Assembly: GCA_965226795.1 (NCBI GenBank) | Contig: CBDDDZ010000004.1 | Location: forward strand, 832,001-896,000 | Length of the DNA stretch: 64,000 nt | DNA from: Candidatus Latescibacterota bacterium | Lineage (GTDB): Bacteria; Latescibacterota; UBA2968; GCA-2709665 | Direction of reading: 5' to 3' | Shown here: one piece after another, positions 1 to 11,300 of the stretch | Layout of the letters: every line of letters begins with the position of its first letter | How positions within the stretch are numbered: position 1 is the stretch's first letter | Translations under genes and position numbers: made by a program | The notes under the pieces: generated by a model | The model's database searches: none | What the model saw: the letters and a program-made list of their open reading frames with translations, nothing else | What the model was told of the DNA's origin: nothing

Positions 1-3000
1 TACTGCACGTCGTAGTCGGTGATGTCGGGGCCTGTGTTTGTGGGCTCCTCCCACGTCACATCCAGGCTGGTGGACGAGGACGCCTGGACGCCGGGCGCGT
101 CCGGGATACCGGGCTTTTCCTGCTGGTCCGTCAGGTTGATCGTGACCGCAATGGTGTTGCTGCCGCCCTGCCCGTCTTCGACGCGCACGATGACGTTGTA
201 GCGAGACTTTGCCTCAAAGTCGTAGCTCTGCCCGGACAGCGTCTGAAGCTGCGCGTCGTCCAGCGCGAAGGAAGCCCGGTCCGTGCCTTCGAGGTCGTAA
301 CTTAGCGTGCCGCCGTCGGTATCCCTCGCGGTGAGCGGGTTGCCGATATCGTTTGTGCCCGTGGTATTCTCTGCCAGAGAGCGCGTGGTGCTCGTACCCT
401 CGTTGAAGGTGGGCGCCCGGTTGGCGACGGTCCTGGCGTCGGCGGACTCAGACCAGTCGCTTTCTCCTTCGGGAGAGCGCGCCAGCACCTGCACCCGGTA
501 GGGCGTGTTGGCATTCAGGCCGGTGATCGTGGTGGTCGTCCCTGGCCCGGTGTGCGGCCAGTCGGTGAAGGCGCCGCCGTCCTCGCTATACTGCACGTCG
601 TAGTCGTTGATGGCCGGACCGGTGTTGGCAGGGGCCGTCCATCGAATGGACAGGCTGTTCAGCGTTTGTGCCGTGACCGTGGGCCTGCCGGACGCCTCCG
701 GTTCCTCGGTGTCGTCGTCGATCACGTTTATGGTCACGGTGATGCTGGCGGTTTCGCCCTGTTCGTCGTGCGCTTCCACCGTCACGGAATAGCGGTCTTT
801 CGTCTCGAAGTCGTAGGTGACGCCCGTCGCGGTCTGCAGTTGACCGGTATTGGTGTCGACGTCAAAACTCTCCGTGTCGCCGCGGGAGAGGCTGTACGTC
901 ACCGTGGTGTTTTCCGGGTCGGATGCCCGTAGCGGGACGCCGAGGTCGGTTGTACCGGTCGTATTCTCTGCCACCTCGCGCGTGGCGCTGCCACCCTCGT
1001 CGAATACCGGCGGCAGATTGGAACTGGTGGTCCCGAAGCCGGAGCGGGAATATAGGGAGGTTCCTTCGTCGTTGGTTGCCCGCACCTGCACCTCGTAGCG
1101 GGTGTTGACGTCGAGTTCGATGATCGTCGCGCTCGTACCCGGCCCATCGTGGGTATGGGGAATGAAGTTGCCGTTCTTCCGGTATTGCACGTCGTAGTCG
1201 GTGATATCCGGACCGGTATTGTCCGGCGCATCCCACGTGACCGTCAGGCTGGTGGTGGAGGCGGGCTGTACCAGAGGCGCGGCGGGAATCTCCGGCGGTT
1301 CGTTCACGTCGGCCACGTGGATGGTGACGCCGATCGTGGCCGATTCGCCGTAGGGGTCGTCGGCTTCCAGGTCAACGGAATACCGGTCGTTATCCTCGAA
1401 GTCGTACGCGACCCCAGACAGGGTACGCAACTGCCCGCTGCCGGTGTCCACGGAAAAACTGGCGGAGTCCGGCCCCGAGAGTCTGTACGTCATACGGTGT
1501 CCGTCCGGGTCCGTGGCGTTTACCGGATGCTGGATGGGACGGCGTGCGGGCGTGTTCTCCGCCACGGTGCGCACCGTGTTTGTCCCGTCGTCGAAGGTCG
1601 GCGGCCGGTTGTCTTGCGGCGGCGGGGGTGGCGGTGGCGGCGGCGGAGGGATGAACGGCCCGCCGGGACCACCTGTACCAGGCGGCGGGGATGGGGGTGT
1701 CGTGACGACAACGGCGAAGGTCGTCTGTGCACTGTTTCCATACGCGTTGCTGGCCGTGGCGGTGATGGTCGCGCGCCCCGTGGCCACGCCGCGCACCGTC
1801 GCCAACGTATCCGCGACGGTGACCGTGGCAACCCCCTCGTGGGACGACGTGGCGCCATACGTCAGCGCCCCCAGCGCCGGACGCGTAAACAGGCTGGCGA
1901 GGTTCACCCGCAGGTCGCGGTCTACGTACACCGTCTGGTCGCCGATGACGCCCAGGGGTCGCGGATCCACCGTAGGCGCGCCAACAACGGGCTCCGACCA
2001 GGGACTCTCGCCCTCGTCGTTCAGTGTGCGCACGCGCACCTGATACGTTTGTTCGTTGGTCAGTCCGGAAATCGTGATGCTGGTATCCGTGCGGCTGTCC
2101 AGCAACAGCCCCTCCAGCCAATCCTCGCTGTCTGCCGCCCGATGCCCAACCTCGTATCCGCTTACTGGGGGCTTTCCCGCCTCGTCCGGCGCCTCGTTCC
2201 AGGTCATGGTCAATGCGGTGTCGTGCGGGGCCACCGCCACGCTGGCAGGCGGCGCGCCGGGGGGTTCGTCCACGTCCGTGACGGCGACGTCCACCACGAC
2301 GGTGGCGCGGCCCCCCTGACCGTCACTGGCGCGCACGGTGACGGAATACGCGTCCCTGGCTTCGTAATCGTACGCTGCCCCCTCCCTTGTGAGAAGCTGA
2401 CCCGTTCCCGATTCTATTGTAAAGCTGTCCGCGTGCACGCCACGCAGGCGGTACGTGAGAGAGTCGCCGTCGGCGTCCGTGGCCGACACGGGGTTCCCGA
2501 TGGGCTCGCCGGCTGCCGTATTCTCTTCCACCGAGCGCGTCACCGGCGGTGTGGCGCCGAAAGCGGGTGCGCGGTTGGCCTCTTCGCCGAAGCTGCTGGC
2601 AAAGATCACGAAGTCGTCGAAGCCGATGCCGCCGTCGTTGTTGAGGTCGAACTCCGCCACGTACTTACTATCGCCCCGTTGCGCCCCGAAGACGCCGGCA
2701 AAGGCCACAAAGTCGGAAAACCCTACAAGCCCGTTGCCGTCGAAGTCCGGAGAAGGCGGTGCGGCCACCTGCAGCGCCACGCCAATGGCAGAAGAGATCG
2801 TCTCGGTCTGCCCGCCACGGGCAAGTTCCGCGTCGACAAGCCAGATCTCTGTATCAGAGAATGCAGCCGTCGTACGCAATCGCACCGTGCCGACCAGGCC
2901 GGTGTTCACCGTTGCTGATCCACTCAACGACGAAACGCCAACGCTGAAGGAAGTGGAATCCTGCTGTAGGTTAGCATGGGCGTTCGGCAACGCCTCGCCG

Positions 3001-3305
3001 GGATCGAAGCCATCGAACGCAATCTGGCCCGGATCGTATCCGAAGCGCGCGGAAATGCCCTGGGCGTTCTGAATATCCGAGGCGAAAATCTGGACGGAGA
3101 CAGGCTGATCGGGCAGGAGGTCGATCGAGGACACGGACTGGTCGCCAGCGGCATCGTTCAGGTCCAGCGTAAGGGAAAACCCGCTTGGTTGCGTGGACGG
3201 CGACCGCGGGAGCGCGAACAACACCAGGCAAAGCACACCCGCGGCGCCGAGGGTGAAAGACCCAATGCTTATTCGCGAACGACAAAGTACACCGAAAAAG
3301 GCCAC
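1..3305 (-). CDS. Giant surface protein, copy 1 (signal/TM, cohesin-like, dockerin/EF-hand-like, cadherin and FN3 repeats); 3' end runs off the window
   Basis: Manual translation from GTG 3305 gives MAFFGVLCRSRISIGSFTLGAAGVLCLVLFALPRSPSTQPSGFSLTLDLNDAAGDQ; the same frame reads VTWEEPTNTGPDITDYDVQ at positions 3-59. Colinear with 11725-8464. Absent from the ORF track because its stop lies outside the window. Confidence 0.85.
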   Translation of the reverse strand, partial: MAFFGVLCRSRISIGSFTLGAAGVLCLVLFALPRSPSTQPSGFSLTLDLNDAAGDQSVSSIDLLPDQPVSVQIFASDIQNAQGISARFGYDPGQIAFDGFDPGEALPNAHANLQQDSTSFSVGVSSLSGSATVNTGLVGTVRLRTTAAFSDTEIWLVDAELARGGQTETISSAIGVALQVAAPPSPDFDGNGLVGFSDFVAFAGVFGAQRGDSKYVAEFDLNNDGGIGFDDFVIFASSFGEEANRAPAFGATPPVTRSVEENTAAGEPIGNPVSATDADGDSLTYRLRGVHADSFTIESGTGQLLTREGAAYDYEARDAYSVTVRASDGQGGRATVVVDVAVTDVDEPPGAPPASVAVAPHDTALTMTWNEAPDEAGKPPVSGYEVGHRAADSEDWLEGLLLDSRTDTSITISGLTNEQTYQVRVRTLNDEGESPWSEPVVGAPTVDPRPLGVIGDQTVYVDRDLRVNLASLFTRPALGALTYGATSSHEGVATVTVADTLATVRGVATGRATITATASNAYGNSAQTTFAVVVTTPPSPPPGTGGPGGPFIPPPPPPPPPPPQDNRPPTFDDGTNTVRTVAENTPARRPIQHPVNATDPDGHRMTYRLSGPDSASFSVDTGSGQLRTLSGVAYDFEDNDRYSVDLEADDPYGESATIGVTIHVADVNEPPEIPAAPLVQPASTTSLTVTWDAPDNTGPDITDYDVQYRKNGNFIPHTHDGPGTSATIIELDVNTRYEVQVRATNDEGTSLYSRSGFGTTSSNLPPVFDEGGSATREVAENTTGTTDLGVPLRASDPENTTVTYSLSRGDTESFDVDTNTGQLQTATGVTYDFETKDRYSVTVEAHDEQGETASITVTINVIDDDTEEPEASGRPTVTAQTLNSLSIRWTAPANTGPAINDYDVQYSEDGGAFTDWPHTGPGTTTTITGLNANTPYRVQVLARSPEGESDWSESADARTVANRAPTFNEGTSTTRSLAENTTGTNDIGNPLTARDTDGGTLSYDLEGTDRASFALDDAQLQTLSGQSYDFEAKSRYNVIVRVEDGQGGSNTIAVTINLTDQQEKPGIPDAPGVQASSSTSLDVTWEEPTNTGPDITDYDVQ

Positions 3306-3481
3306 GAAAACCTCGGAAAACTGCGAAATCCCGAAATTCGTGTGTTTCTGATAAATGCTCGCAGCATTGCTGTCCAAGAACCGTGGGATAATGAGACATC
3401 AGGATCGTAAAGTGGCTTAAATCGGCGATTTTGTAGTGGTTTGACCCGAACAATGCGAACCAGGTTGCCAAAGCGTGAGTA

Positions 3482-4790
3482 TCTGCTGTCCAAGAAATCA
3501 GAGACGTAATTTGAGTTGTACAGGGACAGGGTGTTGGGGCGGTGTATGAAACGGATTATTGATCCAGGTCCACAAATCACGATAGGTGAAGAGGTTCCAT
3601 CTCAACAAGGCGACGAGATTGGACAGTGCCCAATTGAGGCGTGAGCGCAGTTGCAGGTATTTGAGCAATAGCATCGCGATCAATGCTGTCCAAATTTGAA
3701 TCTTGAGGGCGTTGGCGGAAGTGCCCACGAAGGTCTTGACCTTGAGATTTTGTTTCAACGCTTTGAAGAAGAGTTCAATTTGCCACCGGTCTTTATAGAT
3801 GCGTGCAATGGTGGTGGGTCCGAAGTGCAGATGGTTGGTCAGAAACGTGAGGGTCTTGTCGGATGCGCTGTCGTGATAAGTGATGCGTCTGAGGCGATGA
3901 GGACAGGCGCGTTTGGCTTGCGGTCCGGTGAATCGGATGATTTCGTCGGATAAGATGCCCCCCTTTTGTGGCGTCTTGCGCGTCTGTACGACCTCATAAG
4001 CGGCATTGGACTTTTGCCGGGTCAAAAAATAGACGCCTTCTTCACTCCGGTGCGAGAAGAGGCTGTAATCGGTGAAGCCGCGGTCGACCACGACGATGCT
4101 TCCTTGTGGAAAGCGCAACGTCTGTGCGACATTGACCTCGTGCACGTCTCCTGGCGTGATTTGAGCGAAAACGGGCAGGTAGCCGTCGTGGTCAAGCAAC
4201 AGATGCAACTTCACCGCTCCTTTGGTCTGACGGAATTTTGCCCAGTCAAAAAGGCTGACACACAGGTCGATCACCGAAGCGTCCAGCGACAGCAGTTTGT
4301 TGCGAAATCGAAATTTCCGCCTGCCTCCTGCACGGGCAACCTGTGCGGAATGATCCAGACGGCATTTCTCCAACAACTGGTAGAACACACGCTCAAACAA
4401 CTGCCAGGGCCGGTGCTTGTTGGCATACGATAGCGTGGACCGCTTCGGCGCCTCCCGAACCCCCACATGGATCAACTTGCCCAGACAACACGAAAGCCCA
4501 TCACAGATCTCACGTAACGAGTGCGCTTGCGCCAACTGGCAGAACAGCATCGCCACAAACTGTTCCCAGCAGGTGAACCCTTTACTGTACCGCTCTGCCT
4601 GATGCGCTTTCACCGCATGCTGAAACTGGTTGCGAGGGATTAAATCTAACAGTTGACTGAAAAAACTGGCTGTACGTACCATACACCTATCCTCCGGGAT
4701 GCGCTTCATGGATTCTTGTTTTACTCTTCTACTTCCATGATCGCATACTCGGAGGAATTATTACTTTTCAAAACCGTTTTTGGACAGGTG
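3482..4790 (-). mobile_element. IS4-family insertion sequence (ends approximate)
   Basis: Transposase flanked by imperfect inverted ends CTGTCCAAGAAA (~3486) and TTTTTGGACAG (~4777-4787). No clear target duplication seen. Confidence 0.7.
3498..4682 (-). CDS. IS4-family DDE transposase with DUF4372-like N-terminus
   Basis: Motifs FTCWEQFVAMLFCQLAQAHSLREI, SLDASVIDL, VVDRGF and YKDRWQIELFFKALKQ (YREK signature). Probable ATG at 4682. Confidence 0.93.
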   Translation of the reverse strand: MVRTASFFSQLLDLIPRNQFQHAVKAHQAERYSKGFTCWEQFVAMLFCQLAQAHSLREICDGLSCCLGKLIHVGVREAPKRSTLSYANKHRPWQLFERVFYQLLEKCRLDHSAQVARAGGRRKFRFRNKLLSLDASVIDLCVSLFDWAKFRQTKGAVKLHLLLDHDGYLPVFAQITPGDVHEVNVAQTLRFPQGSIVVVDRGFTDYSLFSHRSEEGVYFLTRQKSNAAYEVVQTRKTPQKGGILSDEIIRFTGPQAKRACPHRLRRITYHDSASDKTLTFLTNHLHFGPTTIARIYKDRWQIELFFKALKQNLKVKTFVGTSANALKIQIWTALIAMLLLKYLQLRSRLNWALSNLVALLRWNLFTYRDLWTWINNPFHTPPQHPVPVQLKLRL

Positions 4791-4899
4791 TGTGCTGGCA
4801 GGACATTGACATGCGCCAAGATACGTTCCCGGATACATTTGTGCCAATGTTTATCAGAATCCGAATGTGGGACACCTGGCGAAAAATCAGCCCATAGAC

Positions 4900-5390
4900 C
4901 GTGTTGAATGGTCGTTGTCGACCACAGCGTCCCGGCGGCAATCGCCTTCGTGCCCGAAAAATAGGTACCCGGGGCGGGATCGATGGGGGTTTGGAATGGA
5001 GTGAGGGAGGGGTTCTTCAACAGGTCGAGATTTATCCATGGCGCGGATCCGCATCCCAGAGCGTGGCCCATCTCGCGCAGAAAGACGGCATCAATCAAGC
5101 TGCCCGAGTACACGCTCAGGTAGCCCGGGTCAGATTCGATTATGCATGCATACGTCAGCGAGAAAGGGTCCTGGCTTCGTATGTGCGTCGTACCTGCGAT
5201 GCCGCCGAACTAGTCGCGCTGCCGGCTGAACCGGGATCCACAAGGATCTCAGTACCGATCACATGAAAGGAAGCGGCGGCCGTATTTCCGGACAACGCCG
5301 TATACGTCAGCAGGTCCCTTTCTGGCTGCTGAACACGCCGCCTGCGGACACGATCTCGACGGCACCGTCCCACCGTCCTCGAACACCTGA
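4900..5390 (-). pseudogene. Decayed Ig-like plus leishmanolysin/M8-like metallopeptidase remnant
   Basis: Fragments DLLTYTALSGNTAAAS and AVFLREMGHALG...LLKNPSL...TYFSGTKAIAA lie in different frames; HExxH reads REMGH. Confidence 0.5.
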
Positions 5391-8300
5391 CTAAAGCTCG
5401 TTCACGACAATTTCATTGTCCGTGCCGCCAATAACCTCGTACTTCATCGGCGCATTCAATGCTCCACTTGCGTTCAGGGTGATCTTCCCCTGCCCCGAGG
5501 TTTGCACGCGGATTCCGATCCTGGCGGCCGTGATACTCCCGGTGTGGGTAATCGTGATATCCCCGCCCTGGCTCACCACGTCGATACCTATGCTGGGAGC
5601 TTCGGTGGCGCCCTCAGGGGCGCCGATGTCGCCGCTGTTCCAGACCACGACGTCGCCTATACGGTAGACGTTCTTACAAACGATGTCCGGGTCCACCGGA
5701 TCGCCTGCCGCCGTCTCACATCCCGGTCCAGGAACATCCCCACCCATCCCAGCAATTGATATTCCCGCCGAGTACGAAGATTCCGCATTCGTCGAGTACT
5801 TGTTCGTCGCCAAGATATTCCCGGTGTTGAATACCTTGATCTCGCCGCCGCGGTAATGCTCGGCGCGAATACCGTGGGCCGCCTCGCCGTCCGTGCTGAT
5901 CGTACCGGTATTTTCCACATGAACGCCATCGTGCTCCGATGTGTCCGGGGAGTCTGGAATGTCGGGGTACGAAGTGTCATCGAGATCTCTGTCGTTATCG
6001 TATCCGTAAGCATATATGCCGTGGCTCCATTTTCCCTCCGTATCGATCGTCCCCTGGTTGATCGCGAAGACCCGGCCGGACATCGAACTCCTGGCGATGA
6101 TTCCATATCCGTGGCGGTGTCTCCGTGTGTCGTCCGTGCGTGTCGTCGCCCTCGTGGTGATGGAGGCGTCACTGTAGTTCCTCGCGTAGACATCGCCCGG
6201 CACGTTGCTGGTCCGGTCGGGGACGATCTCATCCAGGTTCCCGTGGCAACCGTTGTTCTCGAACGGCCACGGCGCGCAGTTCCCCGTGTGCAGGCCTATC
6301 GCGTACAGACCGTTGATTTCGATTGAGCCGAAGTTGAGACCCTGTGACGCTCCCCAGAGACTCTGAGCCGAGATCCCGCGCGCGCCCTCTCCTTCAATCC
6401 GGATCTGGCCTTCCGCATAGTTGACCAGTCGTGTGAGATGTCCGCTTCCAGTCTCGCACTTAAGACCGTCAACTCGCTTGTTGTAGGGACCGGTAGCAAT
6501 GAGTTGGCCGCCGGGCATGTTGAACAACTCGACCTTGTGGCTGTAGTTCGAGAAGTCATGGGGCTCCGCCGCCTTGTTGAGGCCCCCGACCACAAGACGA
6601 TGGTTGGATTGAGCCGAGTCCGGCGCGGTGGTGAGGCCGTTCAGTGTGATTTCTCCGTCGTTCACGAGGAGTATGTTGGCGGGGGAGGCCTTCATCACCG
6701 CGCGGATGCCGATGCCCGCGCTATCGAGAGTTACGGAGCCTTGGTTCAGGATCCAAAGGTTCCCGGTGTTGCCTTCCGTTGTGATGTTGGCCGCGACGCT
6801 TCCTCTTGCAGTTACCTCGGCGCTGTCGCCGATCGTGATCGCGTGGTACTCGGAACCCGCGTTCTTGTTGGTGATGTTGATCCCTGCAGTACCGGTTGCC
6901 GGCTCGAGCGTTCCGTCGTCGTATTCGACGTGGGTGCGGTTATGATCGCCGGGATCGAGCGTACTGGTGTGGTCGCCACTATAGGCGTGAGTCACCGGTT
7001 GACCGAAGCGATGGTCCTCATCCGGAGCCGCCGTGAAGACCGGAGTCGAGGAAGGAACAATCGACGCGGGGAGGATCGTGCCGTAGACCTGATCGGACCA
7101 TGGGCCCTTCCCTTCGTCGTTCTCCGCCTGCACCTGAATCCGGCAGATCCTGCCCGAGCTCAAGCCGGTGATCGTGCGAGACCGGGTGGGACCGGTCTCG
7201 TGCCAATTGCTGAAGGCGCCGCTGGCGCCTTCCCTGTACTGCACGTAATAGTTCGTGATGTCGGGACCTTGGTTTTCTGGCGCATCCCAGCTCACGGTCA
7301 GGCTGCTCTCCGTCTCGCCGCTCACCGTGGGCGGGTCGGGCTTGCCCGGCGGTTCGACGTCATCCTTCACGAGGACGACGACCGTCTTGGTGCCCGGCAT
7401 TTCGCGGGTGCCGCTGCCGCCGGTCGCCTCCACCACCACGCTGTAGTCGTTGTTGCTCCCTGCATCCGCGGGAGTCTCAAAGTCGGGATCCTCCTTAAAA
7501 CGCAGCTGGTTCGTGCTCGCGATCTCGAACAGGTCCCCGTCTGCGGCGCCGGTGACAGCGTATCCGGTAATGGCATCACCGGCATCGACGTCCTGGGCCA
7601 CCATTAGTCCGGCGAACCGGGTGTTCTCGGTGACCTTGAAGGTGTCTTCAATGGTGAAAACCGGCGGCTCGTTCTCGTCCGTGACATTGACGGTAACGGT
7701 CTGCGCGGCGGTTAGTGCGCGACCGCCGGAACCGCCGGTGGCGGTGACCTCCACGACGTAGCTGTTGTTGCTTCCCGCGTCCACGGGACGCTCGAAGTCG
7801 GGGTCATCCCTGAACGTCAGCGCGCCGGTGTTGCTGATTTCGAGCCTGCTGCGGTCGCTGCCGCCGGTCAGGGTGTAGTCTGTGATGGCATCGCCCTGGT
7901 CCAGGTCGTCGGCACTGACCCTGCCGGCGAAGGACTGGTTCTCCGTCGCCTCGAGCGTCGGCTCGCCGGTGAACACGGGCGCCTCGTTCAGATCGGTCAG
8001 ATCGATGGACACGGGGATGTTGCCCTCGCCGCCGTGGCCGTCGGTGGCTTTGACATTGACCGAATAGCGCGACAAGGCCTCAAAGTCGTAGGTCCTGCCT
8101 GATCTGGTTTTAAGCTGACCGCTACGCGTGTCTATCGAGAAGGAGTCCGCGTGCGTGCCTTCAAGGGCGTACGTCAGCGGGGTCATCTCGGGGTCCGTGG
8201 CGCCCACCGGATCGCCTATGTCCTTCACGCCCGTGGTGTTCTCCGCCACGGTGCGTGTCGCGCCGAGCCCGTCAGTGAATGTTGGCAACTGATTGGGATC

Positions 8301-11300
8301 GGTGCTTCCCGTGCCCGATTCCGACCAGTCGCTCGTGCCTTCTGGCGAGCGCGCCAGCACCTGCACCTGGTAGCTCGTACCCGGGGTGCGGCCCGTGATG
8401 GTTGCGGTGCGCTCCGCGCTGTTGTGCGTCCAGCCGCTGAAGCCGCCGCTGTCCCCTTCCCGGTACTGCACGTCGTAGTCGTTGATGTCGGGGCCGGTGT
8501 TTGCCGGCTCGTCCCACGTGACCTCCAGGCTGGTGGACGACGCCGCCGAGACGGAGGGCGCGTCGGGGGTGCCGGGTCTTTCCTGCTGGTCCGTCAGGTT
8601 GATCCTGACCGCAATCGTGTTGCTGCCGCCCTGCCCGTCTTCGACGCGTACGATGACGTCATAGCGGGGCTTTGCCTCAAAGTCATAGGTGACTCCCGGT
8701 TGGGTCTCAAGCTGCGCGCCGTCCAGCGCGAACGCGGCCTGGTCCGTGCCTTCCAGGTCGTAGGTGAGGGTTCCCCCGTCGATATCCCTCGCGGTTAAGG
8801 GGTTGCCGATATCATTTGTGCCCGTGGTATTCTCCACCAGAGAGCGCGCGGTGCTCGTCCCCTCGTTGAACGTCGGCGCCCGGTTGGCCACGGTTCTGGC
8901 ATCGGCGGACTCGGACCAGTCGCTCTCCCCTTCGGGAGAGCGTGCCAGCACCTGCACCCGGTAGGGCGTGTCGGCCGTCAGGGAGGTGATGGTCGTGGTC
9001 GTCCCCGGCCCCGTGTGCGGCCAGTCGGTGAAGGCGCCGCCGTCCTCGCTGAACTGCACGTCGTAGTCGTTGATAGCAGGACCGGTGTTGGCAGGGGCCG
9101 TCCAGCGTATGGACAGGCTGTTCAGCGTCTGCGCCGTGACCGTGGGCTTGTCAGGCGCCTCCGGCGCTTCGCTGTCGTCGTCGGTCACGTCTATGGTCAC
9201 GGCAATGGTCGCCCGCCCGCCCTGCTCGTCCTGCGCTTCCACCGTCACGGAGTAGCGGTCCTTCGTCTCGAAGTCGTAGGTGGCGTCCGCCGATGTTCGC
9301 AGTTGACCCGTATTCTCATCGACGTCAAAACTCTCCATGTCGCCGCGGGTGAGGCTGTACGTCAGTCGTCCGCTTCCACCGCGGTGTTCTCCGGGTCGTC
9401 CGCTCGCAGCGGGACGCCCAGGTTGTGCACACCGGTCGTATTCTCGGCCACCTCGCGCGTGGTACTCCGTCCCTCGTCGAACACCGGCGAAAGGTTGGAA
9501 CTGGTCGTCCCGAAGCCTGATCCAGACCACCCGCCCTCGCCTTCGTCGTTGTGTGCGCGCACCTGCACCTCGTAGCGAGTGTTGACGTCAAGGTCGATGA
9601 TGGTCGCACTCGTGCCCGGTCCGTCGTGTGTATGGGGGAGGAAGTTGCCGCTCTTCCGGATTTGCACGTCGTAGTCCGTGATATCGGGACCCGTGTTGTC
9701 CGGCGCGTCCCACGTGACCGTCAGGCTGGTGGTCGACGCCGGTTGTACCAGCGGCGCGGCGGGAATCTCCGGCGGCTCGTCCACGTCGGCCACGTGGATG
9801 GTCACGCCGATCGTGGCCGATTCGCCGTAGGGGTCGCTGCCTACCAGGTCGACGGAATACCTGTCGTTATCCTCGAAGTCGTACGTGATGCCCGACAACG
9901 TGCGCAGTTGGCCACTCCCGGTGGCCACCGAAAAGCTGGCGGAGTCCGGCCCCGAGAGTCTGTACGTCACCCGGTGTCCGTCCGGGTCCGTGGCGTTGAC
10001 CGGATGCTGAATGGGACGGTGCGCGGGCGTGTTCTCCGCCAGGGTGCGCGACGTGCTGCGCCCGTCGTCGAAGGTCGGCGGCCGGTTGTTCTGTGGCGGC
10101 GGAGGCGGTGGCAATACTGTCGTTACGTCGACGGCAAAGGTCGTCTGTGCGCTTTTGCCCTGTACATCGCTGGCAGTGGCGGTGATGGTCGCGCGCCCCG
10201 CGGCCACGCCGCGCACCGTCGCCATCGTATCCGCCACGGTCACCGTGGCAACCCCCTCGTCGGACGACGTCGCGTCATACGTCAACGCCCCAAGTGCCGG
10301 CCGCGTGAACAGGCTGGCCAGGTTCACGGGAAGGTCGCGGTCGACGACCACCGTCAGGTCGCCGATCACGCCCAGGGGCCGCGGACCCACCGTGGGCGCG
10401 CCGGCAACGGTCTCCGACCAGGGGCTCGCGCCCTCCTCGTTCACCGTGCGCACGCGCACCTGATACGCCCGCTCGTTGTCCAGACCCGCAATCGTCACGC
10501 TGGTGTCCGTGCGGCCTACCACAAGCAGCCCCTCCCGCCATTCTTGGGCTTCTGCCGGGTTGTGCCCCACCTCGTACCCGCTCACGGGAGGCTTGCCAGC
10601 CTCGTCCATCGCCGCAAACCAAGTCACGGCGAGCGCCGTGTCGCGGGAGGCCACCCGAACGCTGTCAGGCGCCGCCGAAGGGGGCTCGTCCACGTCCGTG
10701 ACGGTGATGCCCACCACAACCGTGGCGCGGCCCCCCTGCCCGTCGCTGGCGCGTACCGTCACGGAATAGGTGTCCCTGGCCTCGTGGTCGTACGCAGTTC
10801 CCTCTCTTGTGAGAAGCTGACCCGTGCCCGGTTCAATCGCAAAGCTGTCCGAGTGCACGCCCCGCAGGCCGTAGGACAGGGAATTGCCGTCGGCGTCCGT
10901 GGCCGTGACGGGGGCCCCGATGGGCTGTCCGGATGGCGTGTTTTCTTCCATGGTACGCGTCAACGGAGGTGTGGCGTCGAAAGCGGGAGCGCGATTGGGA
11001 TTTTTGCCGAAGTTGCTGGCGAAGACCAGAAAATCGTCGAAGCCGATGCCGCCGTCCTGGGTCAGATCGTACGCCGCCACGTACTTCCCGTCTCCGCGCT
11101 GCGACCCGAAGACGCCGACGAACGCCACAAAGTCGGAGAAGCCCACCACGCCGTCGCCGTCGAAGTCCGGAGAAGGCGGCGCGGCAACCTGCAGCGCCAC
11201 GCCGGCCGCGGGCGAGATCGTCTCGGTCTGCCCGCCCCGCGTAAGCTCGGCGTGCTCCAGCCACACCTCCGTGTCCGAAAACGATGGCGTGGTGCGCAAT

